Part shown: positions 9,683-19,648 of the stretch, in pieces | Layout of the letters: each line of letters starts with the position of its first letter | Numbering within the stretch: the first letter of the stretch is position 1 | Source: Myxococcales bacterium | GTDB lineage: Bacteria > Myxococcota_A > Bradymonadia > REDH01 | DNA length: 64,000 nucleotides | Assembly: GCA_020633625.1 (NCBI GenBank) | Contig: JACKDJ010000013.1 | Coordinates: 29,046 to 93,045, forward strand | Direction of reading: 5' to 3' | Notes under the pieces: generated by a model | The model's database searches: none | What the model was told of the DNA's origin: nothing | The model's input: the letters and a program-made list of their open reading frames with translations, nothing else | Position numbers and translations under genes: made by a program

Positions 9683-11161
9683 ATGGGCGAGACGGCAGGT
9701 AGCGGCGGGCGGTTGCGACGGTGGCTTCCCGCGCTGGTGCTCTTCGCCGTGTTCTGCGCGGCGGCGATCGTGTTCCCGGACCTCGTCCTGCTGTTCTTCG
9801 TCGCGGTGCTCGTCGTCTACCTGATCGAGCCGGTCGTCGCGTCGATCGCGTCGCGCCGCGTGGCCAGGCGCCCGGTCCCGCGTTGGGCTGCCGTGGTCGC
9901 CGTCTACTCGGTTGTGACGGGCGCAACCGTCGCCTTCGCCGCGGTCGTTCTCCCACAGCTCACGCGAGAGGCAGCGGGCCTCGCAGACGAGGTGCCCCGG
10001 CTCGTGCGGCACGTCCGCACCACGGCGCTCCCGCAAGTCTCTGATCGTCTGGAGGCACTGCAGCGGTCGTTGGTGACGGGGTCCTCCGTCGAGCTGGCCG
10101 TCGACACGAGCGAGCAGTCTCTGCACGACGCGGTGGTGTCGGCTCGGGCGCACGCCCTGTTCGTCTCGGCGCTGACCCCCGAGGAACGCGAGCTCTTGTC
10201 ATCGGGAGCGCTTGCCGTCACGGGGCACGACAGCGACGGGACAGTGCTGTTCCGGCTCAGGCCGGGGCCGGACGGGCAAGTGGACGTCCTTGCCGGCGAC
10301 GGAGCTCTCGCGCTGACGGCCCGGGATGACGGCTCTATCGTGCTGGCTCCGGCGGGCGCCCACGCAGTCGATATGCCGCGCGCGCCCATCGACCTGGAGC
10401 GCGCCCTGAACGACTCGTTCGCCCGCGGCGTCGAGGCATCCGGTGAGCGGGTCGCAGAGGTCCTGCACTTGAGCCAGGTCCTCGTGACTCGCCTGCTCGG
10501 TGCGGTCGTCGCGTTGTTCATCACGTTCATGGTTGCGGCGTTCATCTCGATCGATTGGCGGCGGATCGTGGACTTCTGGATCAGCTTGTTCCCAGACGAG
10601 GACGAGCCATCCGTGCGGCGCCTGTTGGCGCTGCTCAACCTGGGCCTCGCGGGCGTCATCCGCGGCCAGCTCGCGATCTGCGTGGTGAACGGGGTTCTGA
10701 CCGCGATCGGCCTGCTGCTGCTCGACGTGAAGTTCGCGCTCCTGCTCGCCTGCGTAGCGACCGTGATGAGTCTCGTTCCGATCTTCGGCACCTTCATCTC
10801 CAGCGTGCCGATGGTGCTGCTGGCGATGACGGATGGTGTGTCGAAGGCCGCACTCGTCGTCGCGTGGATCGCGGTGATCCACTTCATCGAGGCGAACATC
10901 CTGCATCCGAAGATCGTCGGGACGTCGGCCCGGATCCACCCGGTGGTCATCATCTTCGCCCTGCTTGCGGGAGAGCATGCAGCCGGGCCGATCGGCGCGC
11001 TCGTCGCGGTGCCCACGGCGTCGATCTGCCAGACGCTCTTCATCTTCTTCCGAGACGAGTATACGCCGAAGCGCGCGCCGCGCGCCGAGCGCGTGGACGC
11101 GGCGGCGCCTGCGCGCGATGATGCCGAGGCCCCTGCGAAGGACCCCACAGAGGAGCCATGA
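9683..11161 (+). CDS. AI-2E family (PerM/YhhT-like) transporter with an enlarged central loop
   Basis: Multiple TM helices. Family-typical C-terminal core 'IHFIEANILHPKIVGTSARIHPVVIIFALLAGEHAAGPIGALVAVP'. 492 aa, versus about 350 aa as I recall for typical family members. Confidence 0.85.
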   Translation: MGETAGSGGRLRRWLPALVLFAVFCAAAIVFPDLVLLFFVAVLVVYLIEPVVASIASRRVARRPVPRWAAVVAVYSVVTGATVAFAAVVLPQLTREAAGLADEVPRLVRHVRTTALPQVSDRLEALQRSLVTGSSVELAVDTSEQSLHDAVVSARAHALFVSALTPEERELLSSGALAVTGHDSDGTVLFRLRPGPDGQVDVLAGDGALALTARDDGSIVLAPAGAHAVDMPRAPIDLERALNDSFARGVEASGERVAEVLHLSQVLVTRLLGAVVALFITFMVAAFISIDWRRIVDFWISLFPDEDEPSVRRLLALLNLGLAGVIRGQLAICVVNGVLTAIGLLLLDVKFALLLACVATVMSLVPIFGTFISSVPMVLLAMTDGVSKAALVVAWIAVIHFIEANILHPKIVGTSARIHPVVIIFALLAGEHAAGPIGALVAVPTASICQTLFIFFRDEYTPKRAPRAERVDAAAPARDDAEAPAKDPTEEP

Positions 11162-12402
11162 GAGTCCAAGCCAACGCCGCGACCGACGTCGGTCGCCGTC
11201 GCGAGCACAACGAAGACACAATCGTCTCGCGGCCCGACCTCGGGCTCTACATCGTCTGCGACGGTATGGGGGGCCACGCCGCGGGCGAGGTCGCCTCGCG
11301 ACTCGCTAGCGAGGCCGTCGTCAGCGTCATCGCCGACGCGATCGAGGATGTTCGCGCGTGGATGTCCGGCCCGCGCGAGGCGCAGCGCAAGGCGACGCAA
11401 CTCGTCGAGGCGGCCGTGCACACGGCGAACCGGCGTGTCCGGGATGCGGGCGACGCGAACCCGGAGCAGCGCGGCATGGGAACGACCCTGACGCTGCTCC
11501 TCCATCACGGAGAGCGCGCGATCGTCGCGCAGGTCGGGGATTCACGGCTCTATCTGCGCCGCGGCGAGTCGGTGCACCAGATCACCAACGACCACACAAT
11601 CCGAAACGAGATGGCCCGCGCCGGGCGTCCGCACGCCGAGATCGACCCGAAGCATCTCGACGCCCTCACGCGGGCCGTCGGAGTGCATCCGGCCGTAGAG
11701 GTTGACGTCCTCGAGCTCGACGTGCTCCCGGGAGACATCTTCCTTCTCTGCTCGGACGGCCTGCACAGCTACCTCGGCGACTTCGACGTCGCCGGCTTCT
11801 TCGCGCACTCCAACCCGAAGAGCGCGGCGACCGACCTCATCGAGCACGCCAACAAGCGCGGCGGGCACGACAACATCTCTGCCATCACGCTCCACGTGCT
11901 CGCAGCCGCCGAGACCGAGACGTCTCTGCGCGTGCGGCTGACGCTCGATACGCTGAAGGCCATCCCGCTGTTCCACTACCTCAGCTTCGCCGAGATGCTG
12001 AAGGTCATCCCGATCTGCCAAGCGAAGTTCGTTTCGCCCGACGACGTCATCGTCGTCGAGGACGAGCTCAGCACCGACTTCTACATCGTCGCCGAAGGCG
12101 CGGTCCGTGTGTCACGTGCAGGTACGGAGATCGCCAGGCTCGGGCCCGGGAAGTACTTTGGCGAGATGTCGCTCGTCGACAATCGGCCCCGCAGCGCTAC
12201 CGTCGTCGCCGCCGAGACGGGGCACCTACTGAAGATCTCCCGAGACGCGTTCTACGAGCTGCTCCGGTCCGACTCTGTCCTCGCCGTCAAGCTCCTGTGG
12301 AACTTCATCCAGACTCTCTCCGGCCTGGTTCGCGTTCACAACGACGCGCGCAGGGAAGCGGAGCCGGCGTCGCACCCGTACTCACCGGAAGGCGAGCGAT
12401 GA
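11158..12402 (+). CDS. PP2C-family Ser/Thr phosphatase fused to a cyclic-nucleotide-binding domain
   Basis: N-terminal PP2C motifs 'RREHNEDT', 'VCDGMGGHAAGEVAS', 'LLCSDGL', 'GGHDNISA'. C-terminal CAP_ED signature 'YFGEMSLVDNRPRSATVVA'. The ATG overlaps the upstream stop. Confidence 0.85.
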   Translation: MRVQANAATDVGRRREHNEDTIVSRPDLGLYIVCDGMGGHAAGEVASRLASEAVVSVIADAIEDVRAWMSGPREAQRKATQLVEAAVHTANRRVRDAGDANPEQRGMGTTLTLLLHHGERAIVAQVGDSRLYLRRGESVHQITNDHTIRNEMARAGRPHAEIDPKHLDALTRAVGVHPAVEVDVLELDVLPGDIFLLCSDGLHSYLGDFDVAGFFAHSNPKSAATDLIEHANKRGGHDNISAITLHVLAAAETETSLRVRLTLDTLKAIPLFHYLSFAEMLKVIPICQAKFVSPDDVIVVEDELSTDFYIVAEGAVRVSRAGTEIARLGPGKYFGEMSLVDNRPRSATVVAAETGHLLKISRDAFYELLRSDSVLAVKLLWNFIQTLSGLVRVHNDARREAEPASHPYSPEGER

Positions 12403-13046
12403 CTCCCTGCACGCTACGGGGGGCCGGCTTTGCCGCCGGCGTGCTCGTCGCGGCGACGTCCGCCTCGGGGTGCAATCGTGCCCCGGCTCCGGAGCCTGTC
12501 CTCGTCTTCAGTGATGACTTCGCCCGCGACGCCCTGGGCGACGACTGGCAGACCGCGTCCCCGACGGCGTGGACCGTCACCGACGGACAACTCGCGGGTG
12601 AGGGCGCGCAAAACGAAGGCGTCTGGCTCGAGCATCCGCTGCCGGAGCGCGTTCGCGTCGAGTTCACCGCTACCGCGCTCTCGGCCGACGGCGATCTCAA
12701 GTTCGAGATCTTCACCGACGGACACACTCATCAGTCCGGCTACATCGGCATCTTCGGCGGCTGGCGGAACACGCTCAACGTCGTCGCGCGCCTTGACGAG
12801 CACGGGGAAGACCGCCTCGTTGGCGCCGACGGGAAGCACGTCGAGGTCGGACGCGCATATCGATTCCGCGTCGAACGGACCGACGGTCGCGTTCGGTGGT
12901 CGATCGACGGTGAGCCGTTCATGACCTACTCCGACCCGCAGCCGCTTCGAGGCGAGGCGCACGCGTACTTCGGGTTCAACGACTGGACGGCGCCGGTGCG
13001 GTTCGACGACGTCGCGATCTGGGATCTGGCCGGTGCCGGGCGCTGA
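12399..13046 (+). CDS. lipoprotein with concanavalin-A-like (LamG/DUF1080-like) jelly-roll domain
   Basis: ATGA overlap with the upstream stop. Lipobox 'ATSASGC'. 'FSDDF...DDWQ...WTVTDGQL' and a terminal 'VRFDDVAIWDL' pattern are typical of this fold. Family assignment is tentative. Confidence 0.55.
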   Translation: MTPCTLRGAGFAAGVLVAATSASGCNRAPAPEPVLVFSDDFARDALGDDWQTASPTAWTVTDGQLAGEGAQNEGVWLEHPLPERVRVEFTATALSADGDLKFEIFTDGHTHQSGYIGIFGGWRNTLNVVARLDEHGEDRLVGADGKHVEVGRAYRFRVERTDGRVRWSIDGEPFMTYSDPQPLRGEAHAYFGFNDWTAPVRFDDVAIWDLAGAGR

Positions 13047-13851
13047 CCTACAGGTCGGCGTCGCCCAGCTCCGATCGGGCGTCGATGTCCTCACCAACCT
13101 CGACACGATCGAGCGGCTTGTCGCCGCGGCGGCGGGGGCAGGGTGCCGCCTGGTCGCCTTCCCCGAGAACGCGACTCAGCTCGCCCCCGAAGCGATCCGC
13201 CTGAGGGACGCGGAGCCGCTCGACGGCGGGCAGATGGCGCGCGTCTGCGCGGTCGCGCGAGCGCACAATGTCTGGGTGCTGCTCGGCAGCTTCGCCGAGC
13301 AGGGACCCGACGCCACGCACACGTACAACACGTCGGTGCTGGTCGGTCCCACCGGCGACATCGCCGCGGTCTACCGCAAGATCCATCTCTTCGACGTCGA
13401 CGTCGCGCCGGATACGTCGATGCGTGAGAGTGCATCGGTGGCCGCGGGGCCGCCGGAGGTGGTGCTCGCGACCGTCGACGGATGGCGGGTGGGTCTCTCG
13501 ATCTGCTACGACCTCAGGTTCCCGGAGCTATACCGGGCACTCTCGGCGGCGGGCGCCGAGGTGCTCTTCGTTCCGGCGGCGTTCACGTTCCGCACGGGGG
13601 CCGCGCACTGGCACCCGCTGCTGCGCGCCCGCGCAATCGAGAACCAGTGCTATGTCGTCGCGCCCGCGCAGGTCGGAGCCCACTACGGCAATCGAGAGAG
13701 CTTTGGACACGCGCTGATCGTGTCTCCGTGGGGCGACATCGTCGCGGAGGTCGACGGGGGCGGCGAGACGTGGGCGCAGGCGAAGCTATCGCGTCGGCGC
13801 GTCGACGAGGTCCGTGCCGCGATCCCGGCCCTCCGGCACCGTCGGATGTAG
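13033..13851 (+). CDS. carbon-nitrogen hydrolase (nitrilase superfamily, Nit/YafV-like)
   Basis: 'LVAFPE' (catalytic Glu), 'YRKIHLFD' (Lys) and 'GLSICYDLRFPELY' (Cys) form the nitrilase-superfamily triad context. Confidence 0.85.
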   Translation: MPGADLQVGVAQLRSGVDVLTNLDTIERLVAAAAGAGCRLVAFPENATQLAPEAIRLRDAEPLDGGQMARVCAVARAHNVWVLLGSFAEQGPDATHTYNTSVLVGPTGDIAAVYRKIHLFDVDVAPDTSMRESASVAAGPPEVVLATVDGWRVGLSICYDLRFPELYRALSAAGAEVLFVPAAFTFRTGAAHWHPLLRARAIENQCYVVAPAQVGAHYGNRESFGHALIVSPWGDIVAEVDGGGETWAQAKLSRRRVDEVRAAIPALRHRRM

Positions 13852-13879
13852 CAGCGCCACCGTCGGCTGTAGCAGCGCC
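13837..13879 (+). repeat. tandem direct duplication (21-nt period) spanning the hydrolase stop codon
   Basis: caccgtcggAtgtagcagcgcc (13837-13858) is immediately followed by caccgtcggCtgtagcagcgcc (13858-13879). There is one mismatch. Both copies carry TGTAG. Confidence 0.8.
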
Positions 13880-13911
13880 GCGCCGAATGCACGGCCATCG
13901 CTAGCGTCGCG

Positions 13912-16788
13912 CTACCGAGCCGGGAGCGAGCGAATCTTCTCGGCGCGTCCGTCGAGGTGTCGCTTCAGCCACTGCCCTGTGTGACTCTCGGCGACCTCTG
14001 CCACCTGAGCGGGCGTGCCGAGCGCAACGACCCTTCCGCCGGAGCGCCCACCCTCGGGACCGATGTCGATCACGTGGTCGGCGGCTGCGATGAAGTCGAG
14101 GTTGTGCTCCACGACGACACAGGTGTTGCCGGCGTCGACGAGGATGTGGAGGACATCGAGCAGCCGGCGAACGTCCTCGAAGTGGAGTCCGGTCGTGGGC
14201 TCGTCGAGGATGTAGAGCGTCCGCCCCGTGGCGACCTTTGCGAGCTCACGCGACAGCTTCATGCGCTGCGCCTCTCCGCCAGAGAGCGTCGGCGACGGCT
14301 GTCCCAACGTCAGATAGCCGAGCCCGACGTCGATGACGGTCTGCAGAGTCCTTCGGATCTTGGAGTGCGCCTCGAAGAGGACGACAGCGTCGTCGAAGGG
14401 CATGTCCAACACGTCGGCGATGCTCTTGCCGCGGTACCGGACCCGGAGCGTCGCGTCGTTGAACCGCCGCCCGCGGCACTGGTCGCACTCGACGAGTACG
14501 TCGGCGAGGAAGCCCATCTCGATCCGCTGGACGCCCGCGCCAAAGCAGGCCTCGCAGCGGCCTCCGGCGACGTTGAACGAGAATCGCCCCGGCGCGTAGC
14601 CGTAGATCTTCGCGTCCGGCAGCTCGGCAAAGACGGCCCGGATGTTGTCGAAGACCTTCGTGTACGTCGCCGGGTTCGACCGCGGGGTCCGGCCGATCGG
14701 CGACTGGTCGATCTGAATCAGCTTGTCGATCTGGTCGGCGCCGTCGATCCCAGCGTGTGTCCCGACCGGGCGCGAGTCGGTGTACAGGCGGTTCGCGAGC
14801 GCCGGATGCAGAATGTCGTTCACCAGCGTGGACTTTCCGGCGCCGCTCACGCCGGTGACACACGTCAGCGTACCCAGGGGGAACGCGACGTCGACGCCTG
14901 CGAGGTTGTTGGCGGTGGCGTGTCGGACCGTGATCGATGCGCCGATCCCAGCCCTCGGCTCGTCGCGGATCGGGACGAGGCGGCGACCCGCGAGGTAGTC
15001 ACCGGTCAGGTTTCCGTGCGAGCCGGCGAGGTCGCGGCCGAGCCCGGAGAAGGTAACCTCGCCACCGTGACGTCCGGCGCCGGGGCCGAAGTCGACGACC
15101 CAGTCGGCGGCCTCGATCGTGTCTTGGTCATGCTCGACGACGAGGACGGTGTTGCCGGCGTCCCGCAGGCGCTCCAGCGTGCGGAGGAGCCTCTCGTTGT
15201 CGCGCTGATGGAGCCCGATCGACGGCTCGTCGAGGACATAGAGCACACCGGTCAGGTCGCTGCCGATCTGTCGCGCGAGGCGAATCCGCTGCGCCTCGCC
15301 GCCCGAGAGCGTCGGGCCGGTGCGCGCGAGGGAGAGGTAGCCGAGACCCACGTCGTCGAGAAAGCGGAGCCGGCTCCGAACCTCGGCTACCAGATCGTCT
15401 CCGACGAGGGCGTCCTCGCCAGTCAGCCGCAGGTCTGTCGCCCACGCGATGGCCTCGGCGACGTCGTCGGCGCATACCTCTGGGAGCGACCGTCCACCGA
15501 GCCGAACCGCGCGGGACTCGGGACGAAGTCTCGCGCCATCGCAGTCAGGGCAGGGTGCGTCGATCAGGTACGCGCCGAGCCTCGCCTGCTGCGTCTCGCT
15601 CGTCGCCTGCGCGAGGTCCTTCTCGAGCTTCGCGAGCACTCCCTCGAACTTCCGGACGCTGTCACGGGGCGCTCTGCCGGTCGCCCTGCCCGTGACGCTG
15701 CCGCCCGCGAGCACGTAGTCGCGCTGCGCGTCGGTCAGCGCCGACCAGGGCTTCTTCCGGTCGATCCCCGCCGTCGACAGCGCCTGGTCGAGCCGCTTCT
15801 GGAAGGCGCGCTGCGCAGAGGTCTGCGGGTTCCGTAGAGGCTCGAGGGCTCCATCCGCCAGCGAGAGGCTTGGGTCGGGGACCACGCGCGCCGGGTCCAT
15901 CCGCGGGTGAGTCCCGAGCCCGTGACAGGCGTCGCACCAGCCAACCGGCGAGTTGAAGCTGAAGCTCTGGTGACTCAGCGTCGGGAACGAGATCCCGCAG
16001 TCCGCGCAGTGGCTGTGCGCGGAATAGAACCGCTCCTCACCGTCGTCCTCGCCCCCGTCGACACGGACGAGCACGCGACCCTCGCCGAGCGCCGCGGCCT
16101 GGCGCACGGCATCCGCCAGCCGAGGCTCGACGCCGGGACGCGCGATCAGCCGGTCCACGACCGCGTCGATGTCGTGCTTGAACGACTTTTTGAGCGCGTC
16201 GAGCTCGTCGAGCCGAACGAAGTCGCCGTCGACGCGCGCCCGAGTGTAGCCCTCGCGGCGCAGGCGCGCGAACAGGTCGCGGAACTCTCCCTTCCGGTTC
16301 CGAACCAGCGGAGCCATCAAGATGTACCGGGTCCCTTCCGGCAGCGCCGCGATCGCCTCCGTGATCTGCTTCGGGGTCGACCCGCTCGCGAGCGCGCCGC
16401 ACTGCGGGCAGTGCTGCTTGCCGAGGTGCCCGAAGAGCACGCGCAGGTGGTCGTAGACCTCGGTGATCGTGCCGACCGTCGACCGTGGGTTGTTCGACGC
16501 GGTCTTCTGCTCGATCGACACCGTCGGGCTTACCCCGTCGATGCCATCCACGTCTGGCTTCGACGCGCGCGTCAGGAACATCCGCGCGTAGACGCTCAGG
16601 CTCTCGACGTATCGCCGCTGGCCTTCGGCAAAGAGCGTGTCGAACGCGAGCGACGACTTGCCGCTCCCCGACACACCCGTGAAGACCACCAGCTTCCGCT
16701 TGGGCAGCGCGACGTCGACGTCCCTGAGGTTGTGGACGCGCGCGCCGCGCACGTGGATGGTGTCGTTCGGACTGCGGCTGTCGTTCAT
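13912..16788 (-). CDS. uvrA: excinuclease ABC subunit A
   Basis: 958 aa. Two ABC ATPase modules ('[10 protein letters not shown]', '[10 protein letters not shown]', 'LSGGEAQR' twice). Zn-finger cysteines 'CPQCG', 'CADCG', 'CDACHG', 'CEAC...CDQC'. Confidence 0.97.
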   Translation of the reverse strand: MNDSRSPNDTIHVRGARVHNLRDVDVALPKRKLVVFTGVSGSGKSSLAFDTLFAEGQRRYVESLSVYARMFLTRASKPDVDGIDGVSPTVSIEQKTASNNPRSTVGTITEVYDHLRVLFGHLGKQHCPQCGALASGSTPKQITEAIAALPEGTRYILMAPLVRNRKGEFRDLFARLRREGYTRARVDGDFVRLDELDALKKSFKHDIDAVVDRLIARPGVEPRLADAVRQAAALGEGRVLVRVDGGEDDGEERFYSAHSHCADCGISFPTLSHQSFSFNSPVGWCDACHGLGTHPRMDPARVVPDPSLSLADGALEPLRNPQTSAQRAFQKRLDQALSTAGIDRKKPWSALTDAQRDYVLAGGSVTGRATGRAPRDSVRKFEGVLAKLEKDLAQATSETQQARLGAYLIDAPCPDCDGARLRPESRAVRLGGRSLPEVCADDVAEAIAWATDLRLTGEDALVGDDLVAEVRSRLRFLDDVGLGYLSLARTGPTLSGGEAQRIRLARQIGSDLTGVLYVLDEPSIGLHQRDNERLLRTLERLRDAGNTVLVVEHDQDTIEAADWVVDFGPGAGRHGGEVTFSGLGRDLAGSHGNLTGDYLAGRRLVPIRDEPRAGIGASITVRHATANNLAGVDVAFPLGTLTCVTGVSGAGKSTLVNDILHPALANRLYTDSRPVGTHAGIDGADQIDKLIQIDQSPIGRTPRSNPATYTKVFDNIRAVFAELPDAKIYGYAPGRFSFNVAGGRCEACFGAGVQRIEMGFLADVLVECDQCRGRRFNDATLRVRYRGKSIADVLDMPFDDAVVLFEAHSKIRRTLQTVIDVGLGYLTLGQPSPTLSGGEAQRMKLSRELAKVATGRTLYILDEPTTGLHFEDVRRLLDVLHILVDAGNTCVVVEHNLDFIAAADHVIDIGPEGGRSGGRVVALGTPAQVAEVAESHTGQWLKRHLDGRAEKIRSLPAR

Positions 16789-16805
16789 GCCGCTCCACTA
16801 CTTCT

Positions 16806-16826
16806 CACTGAACATATATTCAAGTG
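16806..16826. promoter_or_regulatory. AT-rich imperfect palindrome directly upstream of uvrA; candidate LexA/SOS operator
   Basis: CACTGAACATATATTCAAGTG contains GAAC-N4-aTTC, one mismatch from the GAAC-N4-GTTC Cheo-type box. It lies 18-38 nt upstream of the uvrA ATG (16788, minus strand). It is the only strongly AT-rich patch I noticed in this neighbourhood. Confidence 0.3.
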
Positions 16827-17615
16827 TCTGACGCGTCTCCGCCGGTCGCCCCAGCCCGGACCCCGACCGGCGGAGGCGCGCTCGCGTCTGCGCTCGCGGT
16901 CTCGCTCGCGCTGCTCGCGATGAGCATCGCTGCCGGCGTCCCAACCGGCGACGTCCGTCTGCGAGCGCTGGCAGTGACGGTCCTCGGGGTCGGCGGCGCC
17001 GCCGCGTTCGTGCACCGTGTGATGCGCGTCTCCGCGAGGACTCGTCTGCCGAGCACGCGCGACGCCGCGCTCGCGGCTGCGACCGGAGTCGCGCTGTCTG
17101 CCTTCGGGGCCGGCGCGCTCCTGCTGGAGCGCGCGCTGCTACCCGGTCTGGCAGACCGCTTCGCTGCGCGCGAGGTCATGATGGACGCGCTGCTCCGTCG
17201 GGACTCCCCGCTCGACACGCTGCTCGTCGTCGTGGTCGTCGTCGCTGCGCCGGCCCTGGTCGAAGAGCTCCTGTTCCGGGGGCTGCTTCGCTCCGTGATG
17301 GCGTCGGCCTCGGTCGCTCAGCGCGTCGCGGTTCTCGGCGGCCTCTTCGGGCTCTTCCACGTCGACGTCGTGGTGCTGCTGCCGCTCGCGTACGTCGGGG
17401 CGATCCTCACCCTCACGGCGGAGCGCTCCGCGGGGTGGACAACCGCAGCGATCGCCCACGCGGCACTAAACGCCACGAGCGTGTTCGCGCTCGAGCGCGT
17501 GAACGCCGACGGCGTCTGGGTTCCCGCCGCGATGGTCATCGCTGGGGCTTGGGCTGCGGTCGCCGCCGTCGGCGGATTGCGTGGCGCCGATGTCGTACCT
17601 GCTCCGCAGAATTGA
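16824..17615 (+). CDS. CPBP-family (CAAX/Abi) intramembrane metalloprotease
   Basis: Polytopic. Motifs '[10 protein letters not shown]', 'FGLFH' and 'IAHAALN' match the CPBP motifs 1-3. The GTG 16824 start is uncertain. Confidence 0.75.
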   Translation: MSDASPPVAPARTPTGGGALASALAVSLALLAMSIAAGVPTGDVRLRALAVTVLGVGGAAAFVHRVMRVSARTRLPSTRDAALAAATGVALSAFGAGALLLERALLPGLADRFAAREVMMDALLRRDSPLDTLLVVVVVVAAPALVEELLFRGLLRSVMASASVAQRVAVLGGLFGLFHVDVVVLLPLAYVGAILTLTAERSAGWTTAAIAHAALNATSVFALERVNADGVWVPAAMVIAGAWAAVAAVGGLRGADVVPAPQN

Positions 17616-17681
17616 GCGTCGCCGCGCCCCCGTGTATTGTGCCGAGACCACGCCCTGTGTCGACTCCGCTTCGAGGGCCGT

Positions 17682-18470
17682 ATGCGCGTCCGCTTCGCTG
17701 GACTTACCGACGTCGGTCGGTCGCGAGACAATAACGAGGACAACTTCTACATCTCCGAGGCGGAGCCGCTCTGCGTCGTCGCCGACGGCATGGGGGGGCA
17801 TAGCTCCGGAGAGATCGCCTCGCTCTTCGCGGTCCGGACCATCAAGGACTTCTACGAGCGGACGGCGAACGACCCCAACTTCGAGTCCCTCCTCAAGCGA
17901 AAGCTCCCGCCATGGCCGTTCAGCCGGCGGCCGCCGGAGCACCCCGAGGAGCGCCGTATCGTGCAGGCCGTCCTCCTCGCGAATGAGGTGATCCACGGCT
18001 ACTCGTCGTCTCGGCCCGAGTGCAAGGGCATGGGGACCACCCTCGTCGGTGCGTTCTACATCGAGACCGGCATGTACCTCGTGCACATCGGTGATTCGCG
18101 GGCGTACGCGATCCGCCGCGGCGGTATCGAGCGGATCACCAAAGATCACTCGCTCGCCGACGAGTACCTCAACATGGGGATCCTCCGCGCCGATGAGCTC
18201 GAGTACTTCCCGTACAAGAACGTCATCACGCGAGCCCTCGGACTGAACGCGAGCGTCGAGCCCGAGGTGAGCTTCATCACCATCCAGCCGGGAGACATCT
18301 TCGTCTTCTGCTCCGATGGGCTCACCGACCCGCTCGGCGACGACGACATCCTCAACATCGTCAGCGACAACACCGACGACATCGAGCGCGCCTGCCGAGC
18401 TCTCATCGACGCCGCGAACGACGCCGGTGGCCCCGACAACATCACCTGCGTGATCGCTCAGACCTACTGA
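17682..18470 (+). CDS. PP2C-family Ser/Thr phosphatase
   Basis: 'GLTDVGRSRDNNEDNF', 'VADGMGGHSSGEIAS', 'GMGTTLV', 'VFCSDGLTD', 'GGPDNITCV'. ATG 17682 preferred over the ORF-track 17637. Confidence 0.85.
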   Translation: MRVRFAGLTDVGRSRDNNEDNFYISEAEPLCVVADGMGGHSSGEIASLFAVRTIKDFYERTANDPNFESLLKRKLPPWPFSRRPPEHPEERRIVQAVLLANEVIHGYSSSRPECKGMGTTLVGAFYIETGMYLVHIGDSRAYAIRRGGIERITKDHSLADEYLNMGILRADELEYFPYKNVITRALGLNASVEPEVSFITIQPGDIFVFCSDGLTDPLGDDDILNIVSDNTDDIERACRALIDAANDAGGPDNITCVIAQTY

Positions 18471-18534
18471 GCACATCGGCGCAACGCCGCCGCTCGCGAC
18501 CCGAACACGGCGCCTCCTGCCCACGGAGACGTCG

Positions 18535-19533
18535 ATGGTTTCGTCACACACCCCTCACGCCCTCGACCCCAAGCTGGTCTCGTGGGTCGCCGGCTCCCCG
18601 CGGACCACTGAGCCCCGGGCCGACGTCGCCCGCGACACGCTGGTGCGCGCCAGCCGAGTATGGGCGGGCGTGCCCGTCGAGCTCGCCCTCGCCAGCGAGC
18701 TTCCTCACGAGGTCGCCACCGAGACGCGGGCAGCCGTGCTCTCCTGGGTCGGCTCCAGTCCGATCGCGCGGCGGCCCTCCGTCGCGATCGTGGGGACGCG
18801 GCGCCTGCATGGCGTCTCTGGCACCAGCGTCGCCGAGTTCCTGCACGAACTCGTGCCTTCGGTCGGCCTCCCCGTCGTCTCTGGCGGTGCGCTCGGCGTC
18901 GACACCGTCGCGCACCGCGCCGCCCTCGAGGCCGGCCTCCCCGTCACTGTCGTCATCGCAGGTGGGCTGTGTCACCCGTCGCCTGCCTCGAACCGAGCCG
19001 ACTTCCGCCGCGTCGTCGCCGCTGGCGGCACCGTGGTCTCGGACCGGCCTCCGGCGATGCCACCTGCGCGGCACGACTTCGTGCGGCGGAATCGTCTCAT
19101 CGCCGCGCTCGCAGACGTCGTCGTTGTTGCGGCGGCGCCCGAGGCGAGCGGCGCGCTGGCTACCGCACGGTACGCGGCACAGCTCGGGCGTGTCGTCCTC
19201 GCTGTGCCCGGCGCGCCGCGGGATCCGCTGTTCGCGGGGAATCACCAGCTCCTCCGGCAAGGTGCGCGCATCTGCTGCTGCGCCGAGGACGTCGTCTCGG
19301 CGCTCGGCGGCGCCCTCGTTGCTGGCGGCGTGCTGCGGCGCGAGCTGCCCGCACGGGCGGCGTCGCCTTCTCAGGGGGCGCCCGAGACCGCGATCCCCGA
19401 CACAGCGCGCCGCGTTCTCGAGCTGCTGCAGGCGAACGGGCACGATGTCGACGCCGTGATCCGGGCATCTGGGCTCAGCGCCGGCGACGTCCAGGCGTCG
19501 GTGCTGGAGCTGGAGCTTGCCGGCGCGATCTGA
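18535..19533 (+). CDS. dprA: DNA-processing protein DprA (Smf)
   Basis: Rossmann-like core 'VAIVGTRR...VVSGGALGVDTVAHRAALEAG..TVVIAGGL', 'RNRLIAAL', and a C-terminal winged-helix-like 'VLELLQANGHDVDAVIRASGLSAGDVQASVLELELAG'. Confidence 0.85.
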   Translation: MVSSHTPHALDPKLVSWVAGSPRTTEPRADVARDTLVRASRVWAGVPVELALASELPHEVATETRAAVLSWVGSSPIARRPSVAIVGTRRLHGVSGTSVAEFLHELVPSVGLPVVSGGALGVDTVAHRAALEAGLPVTVVIAGGLCHPSPASNRADFRRVVAAGGTVVSDRPPAMPPARHDFVRRNRLIAALADVVVVAAAPEASGALATARYAAQLGRVVLAVPGAPRDPLFAGNHQLLRQGARICCCAEDVVSALGGALVAGGVLRRELPARAASPSQGAPETAIPDTARRVLELLQANGHDVDAVIRASGLSAGDVQASVLELELAGAI

Positions 19534-19648
19534 CGGTCTCCTAGGGGCACCGCGTCTGCAAAGCGGTTCTCGGATCAGCGGCGCTCGACATCCTCTGCCC
19601 GCGACGCCGTACGTGCTATCCACGCGCGGCCCGTGCGCAGGAGGATGT

